Part shown: positions 1-9,961 of the stretch, piece after piece | Numbering within the stretch: position 1 is the first letter of the stretch | How the letters are laid out: every line of letters begins with the position of its first letter | Assembly (NCBI GenBank): GCA_965116695.1 | Contig: OZ220706.1 | Coordinates: 770,415 to 834,414, forward strand | DNA: 64,000 nt | Direction of reading: 5' to 3' | Origin: Acidobacteriota bacterium | GTDB taxonomy: Bacteria; Acidobacteriota; UBA6911; RPQK01; JAJDTT01 | Translations under genes and position numbers: made by a program | The notes under the pieces: model-generated | What the model was told of the DNA's origin: nothing | What the model saw: only the letters and a program-made list of their open reading frames with translations | The model's database searches: none

Positions 1-1175
1 AGCTGAACGAGCTGCATGGCAAGCCCTCCGGCGACGGAATCCGCACCTATCAGGGTTGTCACTGGAGCTTCAAGAAATACGGGAAATCGGGGATCCCCGT
101 GAGCGAGCTCTTTCCTCACATCGCCACCTGCGTGGACGAACTGGCCATCGTTCGCTCCATGGTCTCCAACTTCCCGCTGCACCCGCGCGGCAACATCCTG
201 TTCCACACCGGCCGCAACGTCGGGGGTTACCCGAGTCTGGGATCCTGGATCACCTACGCTCTGGGGAGCGAGAACAAGAACCTGCCCGGGTACGTCCTTC
301 TCCACCCGGAAGCCACGTCGATCCCGCCGGGAGGGTTGGAGAACTTCTCCAACGGCTTCCTCCCCGCAACCCACCAGGCGTTGCCCGTGAAGGCGGAGGG
401 GACACCCATCGAAAACCTGGTCCCGGCCGACAAGAGTGCCATCCAGAACACCAAGTTGTCGGCGCTGCTGGACCAGGATCGGCAGTTTCTGGCCGACGCC
501 GGCAGAAACGACGCCATCGAGTCGGCCATCCGAAACTACGAAATGGCGTACCGGATGCAGTCCCTGGTTCCGGACGTGCTGGACCTGTCCCGCGAGACGG
601 AGGCCACCAAGAGGCTCTACGGGCTGGATACCTCCAACAAGGACCAGCGAAACTATGCCCTGCAATGCCTCCGGGCGCGGCGCCTCATCGAGTCGGGCGT
701 CCGTTTCGTGGAGGTGACTCCGCCGGTCCTGTTCGGCGCCACCAACGGCACCTGGGACCAGCACTCCAACTTGAAGAAAGGACATGAGGGGAACGCCCTG
801 GTGGCGGATCAGTCGGTGGCCGCCCTGATCAAAGACCTCAAGTCCAGGGGAATGTTGGACGAGACGCTGGTCATCTGGGGCACCGAATTCGGCCGCACGG
901 TGGACACCGGAACCAACGGAGACGGGCGCGACCACCTGGAGACGGCCTTCACCATCTGGATGGCGGGAGGCGGGGTCAAGGGCGGGACCGTGTATGGCCA
1001 AACCGACGACATCGGCAAGACGGTGGTGGAAAACAAGACCACCGTCCATGACCTGCACGCCACCATCCTGCACTTGCTGGGGCTGGACCACGAACGCCTG
1101 GTCTACCGTTTCGGGGGCCGCGACGAGAGTCTGACCGACGTCCACGGCCGCGTCGTCCACGATATTCTGGCCTGA
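1..1175 (+). CDS. DUF1501 family protein (sulfatase-like fold), 5'-partial; reading frame open to window start
   Basis: Frame 3 is open from nt 3, with no upstream stop. The C-terminal GGGVKGG motif and the RDH/DGRDHL region are typical of DUF1501 (Planctomycetes/Verrucomicrobia/Acidobacteria). TGA stop at 1173-1175. Confidence 0.7.
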   Translation, partial: LNELHGKPSGDGIRTYQGCHWSFKKYGKSGIPVSELFPHIATCVDELAIVRSMVSNFPLHPRGNILFHTGRNVGGYPSLGSWITYALGSENKNLPGYVLLHPEATSIPPGGLENFSNGFLPATHQALPVKAEGTPIENLVPADKSAIQNTKLSALLDQDRQFLADAGRNDAIESAIRNYEMAYRMQSLVPDVLDLSRETEATKRLYGLDTSNKDQRNYALQCLRARRLIESGVRFVEVTPPVLFGATNGTWDQHSNLKKGHEGNALVADQSVAALIKDLKSRGMLDETLVIWGTEFGRTVDTGTNGDGRDHLETAFTIWMAGGGVKGGTVYGQTDDIGKTVVENKTTVHDLHATILHLLGLDHERLVYRFGGRDESLTDVHGRVVHDILA

Positions 1176-1214
1176 AATCGGGGCTGGCCGGTCGGCCGTC
1201 ATCCAACGTCACAC

Positions 1215-2153
1215 ATGCCCCGTCACCGCCCCCTGCTGGCCGACAACATCCTGGAACTGATCGGCAACACGCCGCTGGTTCGGATTCAGCGCCTGACCCG
1301 CTCCGGCTCGGCCGAGCTCCTGTTGAAGCTGGAGTCCCTGAACCCCTCCTTCAGCGTCAAGGACCGGATCGCCTACGCCATGCTGAAGCAGGCCCAGGAC
1401 AAAGGCAGGATTCAACCGGGAAAGACCGTCATCGTCGAACCCACCAGCGGCAACACCGGGATCGGCCTGGCCATGGCCGCGGCCGTCATGGGGTACCGGT
1501 TGATCCTGACCATGCCCGACACCATGTCCATGGAACGCAGGCGGGTCCTTCAGGCCATGGGCGCCGAACTGGTCCTGACCCCCGAGGTCCGAGGGATGAC
1601 CGCCGCCATCGACAAGGCGGAAGAACTGGTGAGCCGGCTTCCCGACGCCTACATGCCGCAACAGTTCAACAACCCGGCCAATCCCCGGGTTCACCGCCGC
1701 ACGACCGCCCAGGAGATTCTGGAGGCGACGGACGGGAGGTTGGATGCGTTCGTTGCCGGCGTCGGAACGGGGGGCACCATCACGGGAGTGGGCGAGGTCC
1801 TGAAACAGGAATTGGGAGACGTGCTGATCGTCGCCGTCGAGCCGGCGGACTCCCCCGTGCTGGCGGGAGGAGAACCGGGTCCCCACGAGATCCAGGGAAT
1901 CGGCGCGGGATTCGTCCCGTCGGTCCTGAATCGCGACGTCATCGACGAGATCATCCACGTCGACTTCGAGGACGCCCGGATCGTCACCCGGGACCTGGCC
2001 CGCAAGGAAGGGATCTTCGCGGGCATCTCATCCGGCTCCAACTGCTGGGCCGGGCTCCAGATCGCCCGAAGGCTGGGAAAAGGCGCCCGCGTCGTCGCCA
2101 TGGTCTGCGACCTGGGAGAACGCTACCTGAGCCACCCCGTGTATGCCGAGTAG
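1215..2153 (+). CDS. cysK: Cysteine synthase A (O-acetylserine sulfhydrylase), PLP-dependent
   Basis: 312 aa. PLP-lysine motif SVKDR, glycine-rich TSGNTG loop, and full-length similarity to CysK/CysM family. Confidence 0.9.
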   Translation: MPRHRPLLADNILELIGNTPLVRIQRLTRSGSAELLLKLESLNPSFSVKDRIAYAMLKQAQDKGRIQPGKTVIVEPTSGNTGIGLAMAAAVMGYRLILTMPDTMSMERRRVLQAMGAELVLTPEVRGMTAAIDKAEELVSRLPDAYMPQQFNNPANPRVHRRTTAQEILEATDGRLDAFVAGVGTGGTITGVGEVLKQELGDVLIVAVEPADSPVLAGGEPGPHEIQGIGAGFVPSVLNRDVIDEIIHVDFEDARIVTRDLARKEGIFAGISSGSNCWAGLQIARRLGKGARVVAMVCDLGERYLSHPVYAE

Positions 2154-2228
2154 TCGTTATTCCCCAAGATCCTCCGCGCGAGTAGGCAACACAACGAAAC
2201 CTGACCTGCCCCATTCCAGAAGAAACCG

Positions 2229-5126
2229 GTGAAGACAGGCCTGCCGGATCGGTTCACTGTAGAGAGTTCGTGGTTCCATCGGGTTTTCTTTTCGGGATAT
2301 TCGCGCCTGACCGTCGTGGATGGGGCCCTTCGTTTACACAATTCCCGGACGCGCAAGGGAGTCGAGATCAACCTCGCCCACATTGATCATATTGCGAAAG
2401 TTTCGGGCTGGTTTGGCCGTTGCCGACTCAGGATTCGCTCGAATGCCAGAGACAAATTTTCGATTGGAGGGTTGGATGCGATTTCCGCAGACCGGGTAGT
2501 CAAAGCCGTTCAATTCGTAGCAGCTCAACGGGCTTCGGAACTGGCCCCGAGATTGTTGGAATTCGACCAGCGAATTCAGGCAAATTTGCGTGGCCGGGAA
2601 TATTTTCGTTGCTCTTCCGCAGATGCGCTTCATGCACAAATCGAAACCTTGGTGCAGGAAGGAAACCGGGAACTCGTCCGCCTCCACTTGCCGATACCAG
2701 CAATTCACGCCTTGGTTCGTCTCCGTGAATTTAGGCGTCGAGATCGATTGGAAACGGCTCGCGAGCGCGGGAACTCGAAGTTTGTCAGGGCGCAGGCAGG
2801 CGCTGTTCGGACCGCGGCCTCCGGAGTATTGGAGCACAAACTGACGGACGAACAGGCACACGCGATTGCCGCGGACGAGGATGTTACTCTCGTATTGGCC
2901 GGCGCCGGAACCGGAAAGACTGCGGTAATCGCCGGAAAAATCGCCTATCTCGTCCGCCACCAAGAAATCGATCCCAAGGAAATCCTCGTATTGGCCTTCA
3001 ACCGGAAAGCCGCCGCCGAGATCCGGGACCGCCTGCCAAGTGATCTCCAAGGTGCATGCGTCAGCACGTTTCATGCCTTCGGGATGCGCATTCTGGGGGA
3101 GGCATCAGGCAGGAAGCCGCACGTCTCGATTCTGGCCACCGACGGCGCGAAACTGGCTCAGACCATAGACGGGATTCTTAAGGATTTGCTGACGTCGAAG
3201 CAGCACGGAGATCAGGTGACGGAACTCCTGACCCTGCATAGAAACCCCTACAGATCCCCGTTCGATTTCAAGACAGCTAATGACTATTTCGAGTATGTCC
3301 GCGTTTGTGAGCATCGAACCTTAAGCGGAGACTTGGTCAATAGTCACGAAGAGGTCCAGATTGCCAACTTCCTCTCCATGAATGACATCAAGTTCCAGTA
3401 TGAAAGACCGTACCCGGTAAACACGGCCGACAAACGGCACCGGCGATACATGCCCGATTTCTACCTTCCCGACTACAAGATCTACATCGAACACTTCGCG
3501 CTCAACGAGGAAGGTGACGCTCCGCCTTTCTTCCGCAACTATCAGGACAGTGTCGAATGGAAGCGCAATATTCACAGGCGCTATGGCACCAGGTTGATTG
3601 AGACCTATAGTTGGCAGGCCCGCCGTGGAATTCTACTCCGGGAACTCAAGAAACTTCTTGAACACAACGGTGTAGATTTCCGCCCGGTTTCCATCGACCG
3701 CCTGCTTGACCAGCTCAGATCGATCCTGGAGTCATGGCTGTCCAGATTGATTCTCTCCTTTCTCAAGCACGTCAAAACGAGCATTCTGTCAGCGGATGAC
3801 CTGATCCGCCGCGCAATGAAATCCTCCGACAAGTTTCGGAGTTTAGCTTTCCTGAAAGTATTCGAAGCCGTTCGGGTGCGTTATGAGAAGAGACTCACCA
3901 AAGAAGGCGCCGTCGACTTCGAAGACCTGATCAACGAGGCCGCCCGGCAAATTCGCGATCTTCGCTCCTTTGCGCAGTATCGCTATATCCTCGTCGACGA
4001 GTTTCAAGACATCTCCACCAGCCGAATGGCGCTGCTGACAGCCCTCAATAAACCCGAAACCGCTTACTTTCTGGTCGGTGACGATTGGCAATCAATCTAC
4101 CGTTTTGCAGGCAGCGACGTGGGCCTGGTTCGTGGCTGTGGAGAGTACCTTGGCCACGTCCGTGAACATTGTCTGAGCAGGACCTTCAGATATGGCAGTC
4201 GCGTGGCCGATCCCACGTCGGAATTCGTGCAGCGGAACCCCGAACAAACCCAGAGAAGCCTTCGTGCCAATAGCGATGAACTCGATATGGGTATCACGGT
4301 GGTTGCATCCAAGGAACCGTCTCAGGGTGTCGAGCGCGCACTCGATGACATCCTGGAACAGGTACGAACTCGGGACCAAGGTCGCAGTCCGGGACACGGC
4401 AGGAATGATTCGTCCGTACTGGCACTCGGTCGTTACAGAAGCAGCGTGAATGCCATAAGAGAAGTTGCCAAGTCCAGACGCATGAGCGTCGACTTCAGCA
4501 CGGTCCACAGCGCGAAAGGGCGCGAAGCCGATTTTGCTCTCGTGCTCGATCTTAAGGACGACAAGATGGGTTTTCCTTCACAAATCGACGACGATCCTTT
4601 ACTCAATCTTGCATTGCCCCCGATGCGAGGGCATCCCTTCCCCCATGCGGAAGAACGCCGCTTGTTTTACGTTGCGGCAACCCGGGCCAAGCGAGCCGTC
4701 TACTTGATTGCTGATCAGATCGATACTTCAAGTTTCGTTCGGGAACTGGTCGAGGACTACGAGGGTATTCGTCGAATTGGTAATCTGGCCCGGTACTCAG
4801 CACCAGACTGTCCTCGCTGTGGGGGGTATCTCGTCGAATCAAGGACTGGCAAGACTCTTCGTTGTGTCAACCATCCGATTTGCAAAAATCAGGCGCCACG
4901 GTGCGAGATCTGTAAACAAGGATATTCCCTATCCGACGGACAAAGAGCCAAGTGCTCCAACCAACATTGCGAATCCTCGCCAAGGGCGTGTCCCAGTTGT
5001 AAATTCGGGATTCTCGTCTTGCGAAGTGGCCCATATGGACAATTCCTGGGATGTAGCGCGTACTGGAATGAACCCCCATGTACATATAAAGAAAGGCTGC
5101 CACCGAATCGTTTTTCTGGAAGGTGA
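2229..5126 (+). CDS. UvrD/Rep-family SF1 helicase (HelD/helicase IV-like) with embedded PD-(D/E)xK / Vsr-like endonuclease-like module and C-terminal tandem C4 zinc ribbons
   Basis: 965 aa, GTG start. Walker A LAGAGTGKT, motif II VDEFQD, motif VI-like VHSAKGREADF. Internal segment YMPDFYLPDYKIYIEHF resembles a restriction-endonuclease-like fold. C-terminal CPRCGG...C...C and CPSC...C clusters resemble topoisomerase-type zinc ribbons. Local GC (~52%) is clearly below flanking DNA. Confidence 0.8.
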   Translation: MKTGLPDRFTVESSWFHRVFFSGYSRLTVVDGALRLHNSRTRKGVEINLAHIDHIAKVSGWFGRCRLRIRSNARDKFSIGGLDAISADRVVKAVQFVAAQRASELAPRLLEFDQRIQANLRGREYFRCSSADALHAQIETLVQEGNRELVRLHLPIPAIHALVRLREFRRRDRLETARERGNSKFVRAQAGAVRTAASGVLEHKLTDEQAHAIAADEDVTLVLAGAGTGKTAVIAGKIAYLVRHQEIDPKEILVLAFNRKAAAEIRDRLPSDLQGACVSTFHAFGMRILGEASGRKPHVSILATDGAKLAQTIDGILKDLLTSKQHGDQVTELLTLHRNPYRSPFDFKTANDYFEYVRVCEHRTLSGDLVNSHEEVQIANFLSMNDIKFQYERPYPVNTADKRHRRYMPDFYLPDYKIYIEHFALNEEGDAPPFFRNYQDSVEWKRNIHRRYGTRLIETYSWQARRGILLRELKKLLEHNGVDFRPVSIDRLLDQLRSILESWLSRLILSFLKHVKTSILSADDLIRRAMKSSDKFRSLAFLKVFEAVRVRYEKRLTKEGAVDFEDLINEAARQIRDLRSFAQYRYILVDEFQDISTSRMALLTALNKPETAYFLVGDDWQSIYRFAGSDVGLVRGCGEYLGHVREHCLSRTFRYGSRVADPTSEFVQRNPEQTQRSLRANSDELDMGITVVASKEPSQGVERALDDILEQVRTRDQGRSPGHGRNDSSVLALGRYRSSVNAIREVAKSRRMSVDFSTVHSAKGREADFALVLDLKDDKMGFPSQIDDDPLLNLALPPMRGHPFPHAEERRLFYVAATRAKRAVYLIADQIDTSSFVRELVEDYEGIRRIGNLARYSAPDCPRCGGYLVESRTGKTLRCVNHPICKNQAPRCEICKQGYSLSDGQRAKCSNQHCESSPRACPSCKFGILVLRSGPYGQFLGCSAYWNEPPCTYKERLPPNRFSGR

Positions 5127-5179
5127 TCGAATCAGGCCTGCACTGACACGGTTGCCGCACGACCATTACCGCGATTAGA

Positions 5180-6540
5180 TCAATTGCGATTCTCTGCTTC
5201 GCGAGTCTCCAACCTGGACAGGACCCGCTTCCGAACCCAGGCCGGGTCCCACCACTCGATGGGGTTCACCTGGGTTCCATGCAGAACCATGGTGAAGTGC
5301 AGGTGATCGCCACCCGCCAACCCGGTCTGACCGGTCCGGCCCAGGGATTGCCCCTTCCGAACCTCATCTCCCACTCCCACGTCGAAACGGCTCAGGTGAG
5401 CATACAGCGACTGCAGTCCCAGACCATGGTCCACGACCACGGTGTTGCCGTAGATTCCCAGGTAGTCGGCAAAGATGACGACGCCGTCGTTGGAGCACTC
5501 CACCGGGGCCATAGCCAGGGAGGCCAGATCGAAGCCCAGGTGGGTCTGCTCGTCCACCTTCTTCCCCCCGTAGAAGTAGGAGCGGAAATCCGCGAAGGAC
5601 GATTCGACCTGCGAGTTGGTCAACTGTAGAAACTCTTCGGTCCAAAGAGGGACGGCGGCGGTCTGGGAAGCCATCTCTGCAATCTGCCGGTTGTTGGCCC
5701 GGCGCAACGATCCATTCACCTCCAGAAAGGTCTCCAAGAGATCGGAGGTTTCCCGGACCTGCTCGCTGCGCTCCAGGATGGCCGGCAGGACCCGCTCCAT
5801 GAAGCGGTCCGAAATATTAAGGTTTCGTTCTCGGAAACGCCCCGGAAACACCTTCTTCCAAAAGTTCTCCCGGCCTCGGTTTCCGGCTGGATCCTGGGCC
5901 CAGACCGTCATGGCGGTGTCTCTGTCCTGGTCGTGCCCCAGAGCGAAAAGACAGATGTAGACGCCTTCTTCCCGGGAGGGAGCGGGATATCCGGCGTAGA
6001 TCCGGTCTCCCACCTGGATTCCGCTGGAGTCGACCGGTTCGGACACCCGGTAGCGGACGGCGGCGGATCCGCCCTGCCGGATGTAGTGCTGATTGGAGAG
6101 AACCTCGATTCGAGGAGGCGTCCGGTCCAGACGGAAGTCCTGCTCCTCCACCGTTTCCCGTGACCAGAGTCCCAGACTCGCGTGGTCCTCCACCTGCATC
6201 TCCAGCGTGAATGGACCTTCCTTCACGTCTTCACGCGGCGCCACATCCGAAAGACGGACCGCAAGACGCCGCTCGAGAGTCCCGTCCGACCAGAGGAATC
6301 CCGCCTCGTCGAAACTCTCTTCGTGCACCACGAGCTCTCTTCCCTGCTGGCGGAGCCGCAGCCGCAGGGACCTGAGCCCCCGGCCCTGGTCTCTGATCTC
6401 GACCTGGATTTCCGTCTTGGGTCCCACGATTCGGGGCGGATCGATCCAATGAACTTCGGGAGGCGACGAGTCCCAAGTGGCGACGGCCCAACCGGCCGCA
6501 ACAGCCACCAGCAGAACCAAGATCAACGCCAACGGTTTCA
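5180..6540 (-). CDS. M23 family metallopeptidase (LytM domain) with N-terminal signal/TM anchor
   Basis: C-terminal HxxxD...GxTGxxxGxHLHF (LHF-type) M23 signature. Start trimmed to internal Met (MKPLALILVLLVAV hydrophobic N-terminus); the longer ORF to 6607 is also possible. Confidence 0.8.
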
Positions 6541-6671
6541 TGCCCGAATCCTCGCCGTCATCATCCCATAGAAGCCTTACAGAAGCCCTCTTGCGGGTCA
6601 ACGCCATCCGGCTCGATTATGGCCGTCTGGTCCAATTGACACCGTCTGACCCCCCGACTAAACTCCCCGCC

Positions 6672-7874
6672 ATGAGTGCTCAGGAACGATCAGGATTGAA
6701 GATTTCACAGCGGCTCATGCAGCTTCAGGAGTCGGCGACCATCGCCGTCAGCAACCGGGCGGCCGAGTTGCGCCGGGCGGGAGTCGACGTGGTGAGTCTG
6801 GGAGCCGGAGAACCCGATTTCCCCACTCCCGCTCACATCCGGAAACACGCGCTGGATTGCATTGAAGCGGGAGAGACCAAGTACGCGAAACCCGCGTCGG
6901 GAGTTCCCGAAGCCAAGGCGGCCGCGGTCGAGAAACTTCGCCGGGAGAACGGGTTGGAATATTCTCCTTCCCAAATTCTGGTCACCGTTGGCGGCAAGGA
7001 AGGCCTCTGGCTCGCCTTCGCCACCCTCCTGGACCCTGGAGACGAGGTCATCATCCCCGCGCCCTACTGGGTTTCGTACCCGGAACAGGTGAAGATCGCC
7101 GGCGGAGTGCCCGTCTTCGTGAGCGCGACGGTGGATGCGGACTTCAAGATCACGCCCCAGCAGCTCCGGGACGCGCTGACACCTCGAACCGCGGCGGTCA
7201 TCTTCAACTCTCCCAGCAATCCCAGCGGGACCGTCTACAGTCCGGAGGAGACGGACGCGTTGGCCGAGGTGCTGGCCGATCGGGACGACGTGGCGGTCAT
7301 CAGCGACGAGATCTACGACCGGCTCCTCTACGGCGGCCGGACCTACAAGAGCTTCGCGGCCACGTCCGCCCACGCCTATGAGCGGACCCTGACCTTCAAC
7401 TCCATGTCCAAGACCTATTCCATGACCGGATGGCGCATCGGTTACGTGGCGGGGCCCCAGGAGCTGATCCGCAACCTGGGCAAGCTCCAGTCCCAGACCA
7501 CCAGCGGCGCCGCAACGTTCACCATGCACGCCATGGCCGCGGCCCTCACCGGCAATCAGGACTGCGTCGAAGAGATGCGGTCCGAGTTCGAGCGGCGCGC
7601 CAAGGTTTTGCACGCCCGGCTCAATGCCATTCCCGGAGTGGTCTGTCCCGAACCGGCCGGGGCCTTCTACGTGTTTCCCGACGTTTCGGCGACCTATTCC
7701 CGCCTCGGGGTCTCCGGTTCGGTGGAGTGGACCACGCGGCTGCTGGGGGAAGCGCACCTGGCCGTGGTGCCCGGCGCCGCTTTCGGGCTGGACAGTTGCG
7801 TCCGGCTCAGCTTCGCCACCGGCATGGACGTGATCGAGGAGGGCCTGGACCGATTGGAACGGTTCCTGGGCTGA
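6672..7874 (+). CDS. aspC: Aspartate/aromatic aminotransferase, class I/II PLP-dependent
   Basis: About 400 aa from the internal ATG at 6672; the longer ORF would overlap the convergent peptidase gene. Motifs NPSGTVY and SKTYSMTGWRIGY (PLP-Lys) are typical of AAT-like aminotransferases. Confidence 0.85.
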   Translation: MSAQERSGLKISQRLMQLQESATIAVSNRAAELRRAGVDVVSLGAGEPDFPTPAHIRKHALDCIEAGETKYAKPASGVPEAKAAAVEKLRRENGLEYSPSQILVTVGGKEGLWLAFATLLDPGDEVIIPAPYWVSYPEQVKIAGGVPVFVSATVDADFKITPQQLRDALTPRTAAVIFNSPSNPSGTVYSPEETDALAEVLADRDDVAVISDEIYDRLLYGGRTYKSFAATSAHAYERTLTFNSMSKTYSMTGWRIGYVAGPQELIRNLGKLQSQTTSGAATFTMHAMAAALTGNQDCVEEMRSEFERRAKVLHARLNAIPGVVCPEPAGAFYVFPDVSATYSRLGVSGSVEWTTRLLGEAHLAVVPGAAFGLDSCVRLSFATGMDVIEEGLDRLERFLG

Positions 7875-7915
7875 ACGGTTCCGGAGTTTCCGGAACGATC
7901 CCCCGGACGTGGAGC

Positions 7916-8230
7916 TCAGCCGTCCCAGTCCTCGTCCGCCGGAAACACCGACACAGCCTGCTCCACTACTACCTCGCCGTCGAACCAGTTTCGGGTCGCG
8001 TGCTTCCAGCGCAGAAAGTGGGGCGCCCGGCGGTGAGCTTCCAGGGCCGCCTCGTTCCGGTAGACTTCATAGAGAAAGATCCGGTTCGGGTCGTGCGGAT
8101 CCTCCAGCACGTCGAATCTCAGGCAACCCGGCTCGTCCTGGACCGAGTGAAGGGCATCGTCTAGCATGGCTTCCATGAAAGCCTCCCGATGCGGAGGCTG
8201 AATCCGGATCGTGACCAGAAGAGCGATCAT
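7916..8230 (-). CDS. Antibiotic-biosynthesis-monooxygenase (ABM) domain protein
   Basis: About 104 aa from internal Met (MIALLVTIRIQP...). ABM/ferredoxin-like dimeric alpha+beta barrel pattern; the upstream extension looks non-coding. Confidence 0.6.
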   Translation of the reverse strand: MIALLVTIRIQPPHREAFMEAMLDDALHSVQDEPGCLRFDVLEDPHDPNRIFLYEVYRNEAALEAHRRAPHFLRWKHATRNWFDGEVVVEQAVSVFPADEDWDG

Positions 8231-8288
8231 TGCATGTACTCCTTTTTCAATTCTCCAGTCTGCGATTGTCCGTAGCGAGAGCCGTAAA

Positions 8289-9863
8289 ATGACCAACCCG
8301 ATCGCCGTTTTCAACGTCCTGCTTCTTTTGGCCGCGCCTCTCACCCAGCCCCTGGCGGCTCAGGCGCTGGTGGTGGGAGACCAGAAACAGTTGTTCATCG
8401 ACCACCGCTTCATCGAATCCAGCGACGGAATCACCCTCCGCATGAACCCTCCGTACCAGACGGGTGAACCTCTGGTCGTGGTGGACCAACCCTGGGAAGA
8501 GGGTGCGAATATCCACGTCTATTGCAGCGTGATGAAGGAAGAGGGTCCCGAGGGGGTCCGTATCCGCCTCTGGTACGACCTGTATACCGGGGCCGGCCGG
8601 CCCGGGCAGGGCTTTCGGGCCCTGTGCTACGCCGAGTCGAAGGACGGCATCCGATTCCGAAAGCCGATCCTGGGGCTGGTGGACAAGGACGGATCGCGGG
8701 AGAACAACCTGGTCATGCCCACCGACCTTTCGGTGATGACCGTCGGCGGCGGATCAGTCGCCAGAGACGACAATCCTGCAACGCCGCCCGAGAAGCGGTA
8801 CCGGTCCTGGTCCAAGCTCTACACCATCCCCGGAACGCGCAAGGGGGGGAACGCCTTCTGGTACTCGGAGGACGGGCTCCGCTGGCACCTGGAGGAAACG
8901 CTCCCCACGGGACTGCGGGCCGCCGACACACAGCCGAACTGGTTCTGGGATCCCACCATCGGACGCTATCGCGGCTACAGCCGGGAAGTCCATCCCCGCA
9001 TGGTGGGGTACAACGAGTCGGACGACATGACCCACTGGGAGAACTTCGAGATCGTCCTCCTGCCCGATGCCCGGGACCTGGCGCCCCTGGTCGATTTTCT
9101 GCCCCGGCGCCAGCAGTCGCGCGCCTCCGAGAAGGCCCACCAGGTCGAGACCGTCTTCGGACCCGGCTACACCGTCGTCGGTCCGTTGGCGTTGGATTTC
9201 TACGGAACGGGCGTCTTCCGCTACGCCGAGGCCCAGGACGCCTACTTCGCCATGCTCCCTATCTACTATCACTACCGGCCTATGCATCCGACGACGGCGG
9301 ACGTTCAATTGGCGGCGAGCCGCGACGGCCGGAATTTCCTACGCCTGGGCGAGCGCCAGTCGTTCCTGCGCCTGGGTCACGCCGGCAGCTTCGGGTCCAA
9401 GTGGGTCTGGGGAATGCCGCGCCCCATCCGGATGGGCAACGAGATCTGGATCTACTACGTGGGGATCAACTGGGACCACGCCAGCCGCGTCGACCCCGAT
9501 CCCGGCGGGCGCCGGTCCGCCGTTTCCAGAGCCGTCCTCCGGCTCGATGGGTTCGTCTCTGCCGACGCCGGCTACCGGGGCGGCTGGCTGGCCACGCCTC
9601 TCATCCGTTTTGCCGGCAGCAGGCTGGAGTTGAACCTGGATACCAGCGCCGGCGGCGAAGCACTGGTGGAGATCCAGGACCCTCAGGGCCGGCCCGTTCC
9701 AGGGTTCGCATTGGAGGACGCCGACCCCATGAACGGAAACAACGTCGCCTTCCCCGTTTCGTGGCAGGGACGAAGCGACGTGTCGGCGCTGGCGGGCCGG
9801 GAAGTCCGGCTTCACATCAAGCTCAGGAATTCCAAGCTCTACGCCTTTCAATTCGTCCGCTAG
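8289..9863 (+). CDS. Secreted BNR/Asp-box repeat beta-propeller protein (sialidase/glycosidase-like) with C-terminal beta-sandwich; paralog of 20690-22348
   Basis: Signal peptide MTNPIAVFNVLLLLAAPLTQPLAAQA. Asp-box motifs SKDGIRF, SEDGLRW, SRDGRNF. The QLFIDHRFIE N-terminal block and ...KLYAFQF C-terminal block are shared with the 20690 gene. Confidence 0.7.
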   Translation: MTNPIAVFNVLLLLAAPLTQPLAAQALVVGDQKQLFIDHRFIESSDGITLRMNPPYQTGEPLVVVDQPWEEGANIHVYCSVMKEEGPEGVRIRLWYDLYTGAGRPGQGFRALCYAESKDGIRFRKPILGLVDKDGSRENNLVMPTDLSVMTVGGGSVARDDNPATPPEKRYRSWSKLYTIPGTRKGGNAFWYSEDGLRWHLEETLPTGLRAADTQPNWFWDPTIGRYRGYSREVHPRMVGYNESDDMTHWENFEIVLLPDARDLAPLVDFLPRRQQSRASEKAHQVETVFGPGYTVVGPLALDFYGTGVFRYAEAQDAYFAMLPIYYHYRPMHPTTADVQLAASRDGRNFLRLGERQSFLRLGHAGSFGSKWVWGMPRPIRMGNEIWIYYVGINWDHASRVDPDPGGRRSAVSRAVLRLDGFVSADAGYRGGWLATPLIRFAGSRLELNLDTSAGGEALVEIQDPQGRPVPGFALEDADPMNGNNVAFPVSWQGRSDVSALAGREVRLHIKLRNSKLYAFQFVR

Positions 9864-9961
9864 CGTGGTGGTATGAAAATGCGGTCGGGAGTGATATATC
9901 AGGGAGGACAGGGCCGGCCCGGATTCGGGGCCGGAGCCGCCGTTCGGAAGGGAGTTCCAGG

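Noticed and set aside
56-787. 243-aa plus ORF overlapping the DUF1501 gene in another frame, and similar shadow ORFs (6705-7757, 9899-10969, 16812-18164, 18116-19507, 44596-45423, 47405-48892, 48772-50571, 53505-55109, 55443-56444, 56404-57729, 58118-60155, 60315-61538, 62038-63339)
   Set aside because: All are Arg/Pro/Gly/Ala-rich, lack motifs, and overlap confidently assigned genes on the same or opposite strand. They are expected artefacts of ~65% GC.
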